Counted from the first letter of the stretch, positions 39,504 to 48,269 are shown. The stretch: DNA of 55,584 bases from Oscillospiraceae bacterium (GCA_015065225.1 SVQR01000002.1:1-55584), one strand, 5' to 3'. Notes: generated by a model from the sequence alone, not told the origin. Numbers and translations are program-made.

Positions 39504-39900
39504 AAAATACCTGCCTTGGCACTGAAAATAATGTGGTCTTTAGTCAATATAACAGTAAGTAAGCGATACCGACTCGTACTTTTCGTATAATATTGTACCA
39601 CATGATTATGTATGGCGTTTGCGAATAAACTGAACAAATCTCAAACGGTTGTAAACATATTTTTCCATTTAAGTGACCAAACCATGACAAATACCATTAT
39701 CTTGCAGGTAATTATGTATTTTTTGTAAACACTATCATTTTTATCCAAAAATTACAATTTTCCGTATTTTTTTGACATCCGAAAAAAAACAGTGTCAATT
39801 AACCCGGTTGAAAAATGGTAGGTTTTTGTACGAATCCACAATTTCGTTTATTATCTGTCAAATATAGGAATATGGTAAAAATTTCATTATATTGACTTTT

Positions 39901-41892
39901 TTAATCCTTTTCCGTAATGGCTCCGCGGCAGTGAAGTATCCATTTTGCACGGTCGAGAGGATCTACTCCGCGTCTTTTGCAGGTTTTCATGAATCCGTCG
40001 GGACATTCTCTGTAAAAACCGAATGATGAGTGAAGTATTCCCTTTCCGCCGGTGGATGATGCAAGTCTTGTGGGATAATCCATACTGTCCGCAACAGGGA
40101 GATGTGCTTCGACTGTCATCTTCCCGTTTTTCACAACGGGGCTGTCAAACTCGCCTCTCATCATGACGATATCGCCGGTGACCTTTCCGAGATGCTCCTC
40201 CGGTGCTGTTATCCTTACTTTGAGGTACGGCTCAAGAAGTCGGCTTTGTGAATTTGTAAGTCCGCGAAGAAATGCTACCGGCGTTGCTACAAAGAAGTCA
40301 AGCGGATGAGTGTGTATGGTGTGATGCTCCCCTCCGATAAGAGTACATTTGAAGTCTGTTACCTCCCAGCCATATATCCCTTGCTCTATCGTGCTGTAAA
40401 ATGATTGCTTTATATGGGACTGATATCTGTAAAACAGTTGGTTGTTAGGTACATTTCCCATATCAAAAGAAACACCGCTTCCTCGATCTGTCGGCTCAAG
40501 AAGAAGATGCACCACCGCCCAGCAAGGTTTCGGCATGGTATATGCCTCAAAGCCTTTCGCCGCAATCGAAGGAGTCTCCTTATAAATGACAGACGGTGCA
40601 GAGAAGGTTACCGAAAGACCGTATCTCTCCATAAGAAGATTTGCGATTATTTCAAGCTGTATCTTTCCTGTAATGCTGATGACTACCTCACGTTCGCTCT
40701 TTTCCCATCTGTAGTTTATATAGGGCTCTTCACGTGACAGCTCGGAGAGTGCCGCCGCAAGTGCGGTAAGCTTTGACTCATCCGAGGGGATCACCGATAC
40801 CTGCAGGAACGGGTTTACAAGACTGAGCTTTCTCCGGCTTGTTATCTCACCGATATAGTCACCGACTCTTGCCTTTGAAAGTCCGCAAAGTACGGCAATA
40901 TCTCCTTTTTCAACTGTACCTGTATCGTAGAACTTGCCTCCTACCTTCTTTCTTATCTGTGCTATCTTTTCACTTCTTTCACTGTTTTCCTCTTTTTCCG
41001 ATGTGCTCACATCCTCCTTCGGGGACTTCAGAACTACCGTATCTCTTGAAGAAAGGCTTCCGCCGAACATCCTTATGTGTGAAAGGACTCCGAAGGTCTT
41101 ATCGTGTTCTATCTTGTATATTACCCCGGAAAGCCTGTCTGTCCCTATCCTCATACTGTCCGGGAGATATTCGGTTATCGCAGAAAGAAGCTCCTTGATG
41201 CCCACGCCGAACATAGCACTCCCGCATAACACCGGATAAACCTCACCGTTGGCACATTCCCTTGCAAGTGCACTTTTCAACACCGATTCGTCTGTTATCT
41301 CATCGGCGAGATATCTTTCCATTATACCGTCATCGTATTCCGACAATACTTCGCAGGCTTCCGTATAAAAGTCCGGATTATCCGCAACGGAACATTCCTT
41401 GCTGCCCTCGCCCTCAACCTTTGAAAGACATATAAATCTGTTACCGAAAGCATCGCAAAGCTCCGAAAGGACATTCCTGTAATTGCTGCCGGCTCTGTCT
41501 GTTTTATTGATAAAAAAGATACACGGAAGTTTATTTTGTCTTATTGTATGCATTATATTCTCCGTATGAGACTGCAGACCTTCCACAGCAGAAACAACTA
41601 TCAATGCCGCATCAAGAGACATTATGCTTCTTTCGGCTTCACCGGCAAAATCCACATGACCGGGAGTATCTATGAGGTTTACAGTATAATCACCGTAGGT
41701 TATATCCGCGCCGGATGAGAATACGGAGATGCCTCTTTTTTTCTCTATCTCGCTGCTGTCCGTAACGGTATTGCCGCTGTCTACGCTTCCGAGGCTTCTT
41801 GTCTTTCCGCAAAGATACAGAAGATTTTCAGTAACGGTAGTCTTTCCCGCATCAACATGGGCGAGGATGCCGAGATTTATTATTTTTTTCAC
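39901..41892 (-). CDS. Tet(M)/Tet(O)-like ribosomal-protection-type translational GTPase (divergent; resistance function unproven)
   Basis: 663 aa. G1 AHVDAGKTT, DTPGH, NKTD. Domain IV/V region IEQGIYGWEVTDFKC...LLEPYLKVRITAPEE parallels Tet(M) GLYGWNVTDCKI...LLEPYLSFKIYAPQE. GTG start overlaps the AraC stop (GTGA). SD GGAGGTG. Confidence 0.75.
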   Translation of the reverse strand: MKKIINLGILAHVDAGKTTVTENLLYLCGKTRSLGSVDSGNTVTDSSEIEKKRGISVFSSGADITYGDYTVNLIDTPGHVDFAGEAERSIMSLDAALIVVSAVEGLQSHTENIMHTIRQNKLPCIFFINKTDRAGSNYRNVLSELCDAFGNRFICLSKVEGEGSKECSVADNPDFYTEACEVLSEYDDGIMERYLADEITDESVLKSALARECANGEVYPVLCGSAMFGVGIKELLSAITEYLPDSMRIGTDRLSGVIYKIEHDKTFGVLSHIRMFGGSLSSRDTVVLKSPKEDVSTSEKEENSERSEKIAQIRKKVGGKFYDTGTVEKGDIAVLCGLSKARVGDYIGEITSRRKLSLVNPFLQVSVIPSDESKLTALAAALSELSREEPYINYRWEKSEREVVISITGKIQLEIIANLLMERYGLSVTFSAPSVIYKETPSIAAKGFEAYTMPKPCWAVVHLLLEPTDRGSGVSFDMGNVPNNQLFYRYQSHIKQSFYSTIEQGIYGWEVTDFKCTLIGGEHHTIHTHPLDFFVATPVAFLRGLTNSQSRLLEPYLKVRITAPEEHLGKVTGDIVMMRGEFDSPVVKNGKMTVEAHLPVADSMDYPTRLASSTGGKGILHSSFGFYRECPDGFMKTCKRRGVDPLDRAKWILHCRGAITEKD

Positions 41893-42740
41893 TTTGTCAC
41901 CTCCACGGATACCGATGTATTTTTCTTATACATCTTCTTGAATTTAAGCGGCGTTATGCCAAACTGCTTCTTAAATACGGCTATAAAGTTGGAATAATCC
42001 TGAAATCCGCATTTGTCGCAGACCTCTCCGACCGAAGAACATGACGGCAGAAGCTCTGCGGCTCTGGCAAGACGTCTTGACTTTATATAACCTGACGGAG
42101 TTACCTTCAATATCTCAAGGAATCTTCTCTCCAGGGTATTTACACTAACATGGGCAGCCTTTGCCACATCCGATACGGTGAAGACATTGCCGAGATTCTC
42201 ACCTATAAATGCTATAGCTCCGGATATATCCTTCGGAATCGTATCCGAAATATCATCCGAGCTGCCGTCTGCATTTTCAAGTATTGTAATTATCCTCAAA
42301 AAATCCGCTGCCTCACATGCTTTTGAACGTTCTTTGCTTATAATACACCCGAAAAGCTCTTTCACCTTAGACATCTGTTTTTCCGATAGTTCAATAAGAT
42401 TATTCTCGCCCGGCTCTCTGTCATAAAACAAAGGCAACAGCGACTCGTTACCTTTGCCGTCAAAGAGCATCCACAAATGCTCATGATGCTCATTGCTGTG
42501 ATATATACAGTGATGATATTCATACGGTCTTGTGACAATAACACTTCCCGACCTTACGGGATATATCTTATCCTCTACCATAAAGGAAACATCTCCCGTA
42601 ATATTCACATATATCTCGCACTCTTCATGTATATGATGCTCATGTGTATTATCCGGGTCATCCGGCAAAATATCAATATACCTTATTTCCATCCCGAACG
42701 GTGCGACACCGTCAAATCTTACCTTGCGTTCTTCTATCAT
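41889..42740 (-). CDS. AraC-family transcriptional regulator (N-terminal cupin sensor, C-terminal HTH)
   Basis: 283 aa. Cupin-like HHIHEECEIYVNITG. AraC HTH region VSDVAKAAHVSVNTLERRF...YSNFIAVFKKQFGITP. Confidence 0.85.
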   Translation of the reverse strand: MIEERKVRFDGVAPFGMEIRYIDILPDDPDNTHEHHIHEECEIYVNITGDVSFMVEDKIYPVRSGSVIVTRPYEYHHCIYHSNEHHEHLWMLFDGKGNESLLPLFYDREPGENNLIELSEKQMSKVKELFGCIISKERSKACEAADFLRIITILENADGSSDDISDTIPKDISGAIAFIGENLGNVFTVSDVAKAAHVSVNTLERRFLEILKVTPSGYIKSRRLARAAELLPSCSSVGEVCDKCGFQDYSNFIAVFKKQFGITPLKFKKMYKKNTSVSVEVTK

Positions 42741-42897
42741 AACAGCCTCTCAAGCTCTTTATTTTACATTGCATAAAGCATTTGTGGTGATTATACCATG
42801 TTTTTGGGTGAAAAAACAATGGAAATATATAATTTTTTGTTATATAATTGTTACACAATCAAACACAGGGTACTTCCCTTTAAAACGGAGAAAAGAA

Positions 42898-44919
42898 ATG
42901 ATAAGAGACTACAGGAATCCCGCATCGGACATTGCATTTGCAAATATGCTGACCGATCCGTCAACAATTCCCTTTACGATCACCTATGACGGAGAAGAAT
43001 ACGTCGGTTTCGGAAAAGATTTCATACTGACAAGCAAAAAGAGCAAAAACAATGACGGTATCGAAAAAGCGGAGCTTACCTTTGTTTTCAAGAATGTGCT
43101 CACATTCAATGTGACACTCACACACTACTATTCCCACGGTGCAACCGAATGGATGGCAAGAATAAAGAATACATCCCAAACTAAGTGCGGTATCATCGAA
43201 AAGCTCGGCACAAAGATGATATCTGAAGCAGAAACGCCTATACTCAAAGGTATTCTCGGAGACCATGTAAACTATTACAGACCTTACGCAACGGACATAA
43301 CAAAGGAAGATGTCAGCTTTGACTGCGATACGGGCAGAGCAACGCATGAATTCTTCCCCTATTTCAATCTTGAAAAGGAAAACGGCGGTACTATGCTGGC
43401 TCTTGGGTGGTCGGGTACGTGGAAGGCTTCATTCAGGTACAATAATGGAACTGTCACATACGAAGCGTACTCACCGAGAAATCTCAGGACATATTTAAAT
43501 CCGGGTGAGGAGATAAGAACGGGACTTCAGCTTATTGCGGATTACACCGTAAGGGATGAGGATTATGCGACGAACTACTGGAGAAGTCTTTATATGACAC
43601 ATATCATTCCCGATTTTGACGGAGACGGTACGCCTATGAAACCTTTCTCGACCTGTTGTCTTGCTTTTGATACGGGTTATCCCAATTCCGATGGAAGCAT
43701 TTCCGAAAGATATACCACCTGGAAGCCGTCGCTTGAGAAAATGATGGCGGAAGATATAAAAGTCGATTTCAGATGGGTGGATGCAGGATGGTATGCGGCA
43801 CCCGACAGGACAAGTGCAATCCCCTTTGAGAACGGCCACGACTGGCGTGATACGCTTGGGACATGGGAGATGGACTATGAGAAATGGCCGGGTGATACCT
43901 TCAGACAATCTGTTGAATATGCGAGGGATCACGGTATGAGAACGCTTCTCTGGTTTGCAACGGAAAAGGTATGTATGCCGGATGAGCTTGAAAAGAACTA
44001 CGGATATAAAAAGGAATGGGCACTTGCTCCAACGAATCTTTCCGACAATACATTTACAAGCAACCTCGGAGATCCCGAATGTTATAAATGGACAGAGGAT
44101 AGAATAATAAAAGTCCTGCGTGACACCAAAGTGGATATGCTCCGTGAGGACAATGGTTCGAGATGCGAATACTGGACGACAGGTGACAACCTTCAAGGCA
44201 AGGATCGTGACGGCTATACCGAGATAACCTGTCTTGACGGTCACTACAGTCTGTGGCTGAAAGCAATAGAAACCACAAAGAGTACGGGCGGGTGTGCATT
44301 CGTTGACTCCTGCTGCGGAGGTGGCGGAAGAAACGACCTTGAATCAATGCACATATCCGTTCCGCTTCTGCGTTCCGATCACGACAGAACGAGTACGGGC
44401 ATAAGGCTCTCGCAAACATCATCATTTAATAAATGGATACCCTTCTGCGGAAGCTGTACCCGTGAAAAGACAGCAGAACTTTCAGGTAAGGGCAACAGCG
44501 ATATGTATATCTGGCGTGCATCATATCTTCCCTCTCTCAATGTTGACACACAGTTGGTTTACGATCCGACACAAAACTTTGATATCATTCGTGAAGGTCT
44601 GAAGGAATGGCATGAAGTGAAGGATTATCTTCTCAAGGAATTTTATACTCTCACGCCGTGGCATCACGAAAAGGATCTCGCCGGCTTTACCGCTTACACA
44701 TATTTTGATCCCGAAACGGAAAAAGGAATCCTGTTCGTATTCCGTCAAGAGGAATGTGAGGATCGGGATATTGATCTCGAATTCAAGTTTACGCAAGGCA
44801 AGGAGCTTGTTCTTACGGATAAAGATACAAAGAAAGAGCTTGCCACGGAAAATGCAAGGATCACACTCACACTTCCGGAAAAGAGAACAGCGAAGCTTTA
44901 CTTCTACTGTCTTAAATAA
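42898..44919 (+). CDS. GH36-like glycoside hydrolase (putative alpha-galactosidase family)
   Basis: ATG at 42898, after GGAG (the track ORF is extended to 42724). CCGGGGRNDLES resembles the GH36 C-x-S-GGGR-x-D acid/base region. KVDMLREDN is nucleophile-like. Divergent from an AraC regulator. Confidence 0.55.
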   Translation: MIRDYRNPASDIAFANMLTDPSTIPFTITYDGEEYVGFGKDFILTSKKSKNNDGIEKAELTFVFKNVLTFNVTLTHYYSHGATEWMARIKNTSQTKCGIIEKLGTKMISEAETPILKGILGDHVNYYRPYATDITKEDVSFDCDTGRATHEFFPYFNLEKENGGTMLALGWSGTWKASFRYNNGTVTYEAYSPRNLRTYLNPGEEIRTGLQLIADYTVRDEDYATNYWRSLYMTHIIPDFDGDGTPMKPFSTCCLAFDTGYPNSDGSISERYTTWKPSLEKMMAEDIKVDFRWVDAGWYAAPDRTSAIPFENGHDWRDTLGTWEMDYEKWPGDTFRQSVEYARDHGMRTLLWFATEKVCMPDELEKNYGYKKEWALAPTNLSDNTFTSNLGDPECYKWTEDRIIKVLRDTKVDMLREDNGSRCEYWTTGDNLQGKDRDGYTEITCLDGHYSLWLKAIETTKSTGGCAFVDSCCGGGGRNDLESMHISVPLLRSDHDRTSTGIRLSQTSSFNKWIPFCGSCTREKTAELSGKGNSDMYIWRASYLPSLNVDTQLVYDPTQNFDIIREGLKEWHEVKDYLLKEFYTLTPWHHEKDLAGFTAYTYFDPETEKGILFVFRQEECEDRDIDLEFKFTQGKELVLTDKDTKKELATENARITLTLPEKRTAKLYFYCLK

Positions 44920-44936
44920 AGCGAAAGGATACATAA

Positions 44937-45824
44937 ATGCACTACTTACTTATCCTCGGTGCAAACACCCTTCTTGCACTGTGCTTTGTATTCCAGAAAA
45001 AATACCAGAGTATAGCAGGTACAAGTGTGAAAGCGACTCTTACCTTCAACGCTTTTGCAGGCCTTGCGACACTTGTGATATTCACACTTCTCGGACTTTG
45101 CGGCGTTTATACCATGCAGTTCTCTCCCTTCTCACTCGTAATGGCGACAGCGGCAACCGTCATCTGTCTTTCATATATGGTGATAGGCTTCAAGCTCCTT
45201 CGGGCAGGCAATATGCCGCTTTACACCATGTTCCTCATGACCGGCGGTATGCTTATACCGTACATATTCGGGCTTGGTTTTCTTGATGAAGAATTCTCTT
45301 GGCTGAGACTTGGCGGTATCATCCTCATTGTTGCGGCGGTAGTTATCTCCAATACAGGTACGGCAAACGCAACAAAGACACAGATACTTATGTGCGTTGC
45401 TGTTTTCCTTCTAAACGGTCTTATGTCCGTGACCTCAAAGGTACATCAGGCTGACATCAGCACACATTTCTCACCCGTAAATTCCGAGAGTTTTATTCTT
45501 ATAATGTCGATCGTGAAGATTGTATTCTGCTTTCCTGTCGCTTTTATACTGACAAAGAAAGCAAACGAAAGCATGAAGTCATGTGTCAACAAGAACACGC
45601 TTCTTCTCTTTATACTGACAGCAGCATCAGACAGTGGATCCTATTATCTCCAGCTCATCGGTGCAAAGAGCATTGATGCGGGTGTACTGTATCCTCTTGT
45701 TACTGCGGGAAGCATCATATTCTCGGCAGTTGCGGGAATGATCGCATTCCGTGAAAGACCTCCAAGGAATCAATGGATTGCGATGACAGTATGCCTTGCA
45801 GGTACCTGTATGTTTATCCGATAA
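44937..45824 (+). CDS. EamA/DMT-superfamily transporter
   Basis: 295 aa, about 10 TM helices in two repeats. SD GAAAGGA. The last roughly 45 nt belong to the downstream tandem repeat. Confidence 0.75.
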   Translation: MHYLLILGANTLLALCFVFQKKYQSIAGTSVKATLTFNAFAGLATLVIFTLLGLCGVYTMQFSPFSLVMATAATVICLSYMVIGFKLLRAGNMPLYTMFLMTGGMLIPYIFGLGFLDEEFSWLRLGGIILIVAAVVISNTGTANATKTQILMCVAVFLLNGLMSVTSKVHQADISTHFSPVNSESFILIMSIVKIVFCFPVAFILTKKANESMKSCVNKNTLLLFILTAASDSGSYYLQLIGAKSIDAGVLYPLVTAGSIIFSAVAGMIAFRERPPRNQWIAMTVCLAGTCMFIR

Positions 45825-46256
45825 ATTAGTTGACAAAGTGCATCTCTTGTGCTATTTTATATTTCCAATAACAATTCTTTTTATTACTCTTTTTTGCAAA
45901 AGAGTAATGAACAGCAATGATCATATGCCTTGCAGGTACTTGTTTGTTTGTCCGATAAATCAATTGACAAAGTGCATCTCTTGTGCTATTTTATATTTCC
46001 AATAACAATTCTTTTTATTACTCTTTTTTGCAAAAGAGTAATGAACGCAATGATCATATGCCTTGCAGGCACTTATTTGTTTGTCCGATAAATCAATTGA
46101 CAAAGTACATCTCTTGTGCTATTTTGTATTTCCAATAACAATTCTTTTTATTACTCTTTTTTGCAAAAGAGTAATGAACGGTAATGATCATATGCCTTGC
46201 AGGTACTTGTTTGTTTGTCCAATAAATCAATTGACAAAGTGCATCTCTTGTGCTAT
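45780..46256 (+). repeat. Tandem repeat, 3.5 units of about 134 bp (unit starts 45791, 45925, 46058, 46192)
   Basis: Each unit holds a copy of the EamA 3' end (atgccttgcaggtac...ccgataa), a TTGACA-17-TATTTT promoter-like box, and an 11-bp-stem hairpin attactctttt-ttgc-aaaagagtaat (45883-45908, 46017-46042, 46150-46175). Copies differ by a few SNPs and a 1-nt indel. Confidence 0.9.
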
Positions 46257-46259
46257 AAT
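46231..46259 (+). promoter_or_regulatory. Consensus SigA promoter of the CE4 deacetylase gene (last repeat unit)
   Basis: TTGACA (46231-46236), 17-nt spacer, TATAAT (46254-46259). Only this copy has a consensus -10. Confidence 0.7.
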
Positions 46260-46288
46260 TGCATAAACGAGATGTACTTTTTATTTAT
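46236..46288 (+). terminator. Candidate intrinsic terminator for read-through from eamA and the repeat array; the -10 box sits in its apical loop
   Basis: Stem aaagtgcatctc (46236-46247) pairs with gagatgtacttt (46269-46280), with one G-U pair. Inner stem ttgtgc/gcataa. Loop tataatt. Followed by TTATTTAT. Confidence 0.45.
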
Positions 46289-46303
46289 AAAGGAGACAAA
46301 TCA

Positions 46304-47104
46304 ATGAAGATCAAAAACAGACTTTGGAAAGACGGCAAGAAGTGCTGTCTCACATTCAGCTACGATGACGGCAGAGCGCAGGACTACAGACTTGTGGAGA
46401 TATTCAACAAGTACGGCTTAAAGGGTACTTTCAACTTAAATTCCGGCTTTATGCAGGACAACGGCGTTCACGTTATGAAAAAGGATGTAGCATCACTCTA
46501 CGAAAATCACGAGGTTGCTGTACACTCTCATACACATCCCACGCTCCCCGAACTTCCTTCAACCATAATCCTTGAGGAGATAATGAAGGACAAGCAGCTT
46601 CTGGAAGAATGGTGGGGACATACTGTTAGAGGCATGGCATATCCCAACGGACCTTACGATGCGAGAGTTGCTTCTCTCTGCCACGACTGTGGAATGAATT
46701 ATGCGAGAACAATCGTCGCAACAAACAATTTCAGAGTTCCCGAGGACTTCATGGTGTGGAATCCGACCTGTCATCACAACGCTGATATAAACAAGCTGTG
46801 GGAGGATCTTGTAAATATTCCCGACTTCCGTTTGAATATGCCTCTTCTGTACATATGGGGACACTCCTATGAATTTGACAACAAGGGCAACTGGGATCAT
46901 ATCGAGTCCTTCTGCGAAAAAGCCGCAAACCACCCGGATGTATGGTATGCGACAAATATAGAGGTATTCGATTATGTAAGAGCTCAGAGAATGGTTGATT
47001 ACGCTATAGATAAGAACATGGCATATAATCCTTCCGCAATCTCCGTGTGGATAGCTGTTGACGGAAAGCCCGTGGAGCTGAAGCCCGGAGAAAATAAGTT
47101 CTGA
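46304..47104 (+). CDS. Polysaccharide deacetylase (carbohydrate esterase family 4)
   Basis: ATG at 46304, after AAGGAGA. CE4 motifs FSYDDG and HSHTHP. Confidence 0.8.
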   Translation: MKIKNRLWKDGKKCCLTFSYDDGRAQDYRLVEIFNKYGLKGTFNLNSGFMQDNGVHVMKKDVASLYENHEVAVHSHTHPTLPELPSTIILEEIMKDKQLLEEWWGHTVRGMAYPNGPYDARVASLCHDCGMNYARTIVATNNFRVPEDFMVWNPTCHHNADINKLWEDLVNIPDFRLNMPLLYIWGHSYEFDNKGNWDHIESFCEKAANHPDVWYATNIEVFDYVRAQRMVDYAIDKNMAYNPSAISVWIAVDGKPVELKPGENKF

Positions 47105-47127
47105 CAGCTTCAATAAAACAAAAAATT

Positions 47128-47161
47128 ACCGTCCCCGATACAAAACCGAGGGCGGTCTTTT
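47128..47161. terminator. Bidirectional terminator between the CE4 gene and the HPr-like gene
   Basis: Hairpin accgtccccg...cgagggcggt, flanked by AAAAA and CTTTT. Confidence 0.55.
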
Positions 47162-47182
47162 CATGTAAAAAGCAATATAGCC

Positions 47183-47410
47183 TTACGCCATATATTTGTA
47201 TATCCTTTCGGGAAGATCCAGAAGATTCTGCGTATCAACGGAAAGCACCGTCTTACCCTTGAGATCAAGAGTGAAGATGCCTATCAGAGACTTTGCATTC
47301 ACCGTGTCATTTCCCGAGGATATCTGCGCATCAAAGGAATAACCGGAAAGTATGCTGCAGAATTCCTTGACATCGTTCAAAGTCTCAAGCTTAATGTTAA
47401 TATCTATCAT
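47183..47410 (-). CDS. HPr-like domain protein lacking the His15 phosphorylation region
   Basis: 75 aa. VNAKSLIGIFTLDL resembles the HPr region VNLKSIMGVMSLGV. No GIHARPA-type segment. SD AAGGAG. Confidence 0.55.
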   Translation of the reverse strand: MIDINIKLETLNDVKEFCSILSGYSFDAQISSGNDTVNAKSLIGIFTLDLKGKTVLSVDTQNLLDLPERIYKYMA

Positions 47411-47447
47411 ATACTCCTTACCTTTTCGAAATTTTTGGGTCGCTTAT

Positions 47448-47476
47448 ATTATATGATATATCCCCCGTTTTGTCAA
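47448..47476 (-). promoter_or_regulatory. SigA-type promoter of the HPr-like gene
   Basis: Minus strand: TTGACA (47476-47471), 17-nt spacer, TATAAT (47453-47448). Confidence 0.6.
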
Positions 47477-47567
47477 GTATCCGACAAATAAATCTGCATT
47501 ACAGAGTAATTTTGTACTAAGCACAGTGTCGTTTTTTGTAGACTTTCACCATCAAATGTTAGAATCA

Positions 47568-48182
47568 TCACAGAAATTCCTCACACTGTGCGCCAAAACT
47601 CTCGGCTATCATAACAGCCTGCGAAAGGGATATCTTCGCTCCGCGCAGATTGCACACAGTGAGATTTGAGCCATTGAAATCAACTTCGCGTATATCAGTT
47701 TTTTCAAAGGATACATTATTGAAAACAGCTCTCGTAAATCTGCATGAATGGAGATGTGACTCCGCAAATACACAGTCGGAAAGACGTGCCTCTGTGAAAT
47801 TCATGCCGAAAACATCTTTCTTTTTAAAGCGCATCCCGACAACTACCGCATATGAAAGATCGCAATTCTCAAAGCCTGCACCGCCCATATCGCATCCGAC
47901 AAAAGAAGACCCTGTGAGACGACAGCTGTCAAAGGTTGCCGCAAGAATATTTGCGTTGGAAAATGTACAGTTAAGGAATGTACATCCGTAAAATCCCGTA
48001 CCGGTAAAATGAGTCATGGAAAAATCACAGTCATCAAAAATACACTTTCTGAAGGATTTGTCTTCAAGGTCCATCGCACGCATACTGCAGCCCTTGAAGC
48101 TTTTCTTTACAAACTCGTCACCGTCAAAGTATCCGTAATCGGAAAAATCCTTGTTCACATAACTTTCTTCTGTAAGAATCAT
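47568..48182 (-). CDS. Pentapeptide-repeat protein (Qnr/MfpA-like fold)
   Basis: Continuous A(D/N)LXX-type repeats (CIFDDCDFSMTHFTGTGFYGCTFLNCTFSNANILAATFDSCRLTGSSF...). I prefer the ATG at 48182 (GGGGAG 5 nt upstream) over the track start at 48224. Confidence 0.8.
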   Translation of the reverse strand: MILTEESYVNKDFSDYGYFDGDEFVKKSFKGCSMRAMDLEDKSFRKCIFDDCDFSMTHFTGTGFYGCTFLNCTFSNANILAATFDSCRLTGSSFVGCDMGGAGFENCDLSYAVVVGMRFKKKDVFGMNFTEARLSDCVFAESHLHSCRFTRAVFNNVSFEKTDIREVDFNGSNLTVCNLRGAKISLSQAVMIAESFGAQCEEFL

Positions 48183-48269
48183 ATCTACTCCCCGATAAGC
48201 AAATTGCTCCGCGTCCGGTGTCATAGAATGCGAAGCAATAAAACTGAAATTTTTAATGTCAAAAGCAGA

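Noticed and set aside
45780-46256. Whether the regularly spaced repeats are a CRISPR array.
   Set aside because: The whole unit of about 134 bp is repeated head-to-tail, with no unique spacers. The unit is far longer than a CRISPR repeat. There are no cas genes in the window.
45796-46266. Two ORFs of about 68 aa (45796-46005 and 46063-46266) with near-identical sequences, and 32-codon Cys-containing mini-ORFs inside each repeat unit.
   Set aside because: They are read-throughs of the tandem repeat. The 133/134-nt periods shift the frame between units, so the peptide is not conserved from copy to copy. No SD precedes the ATGs.
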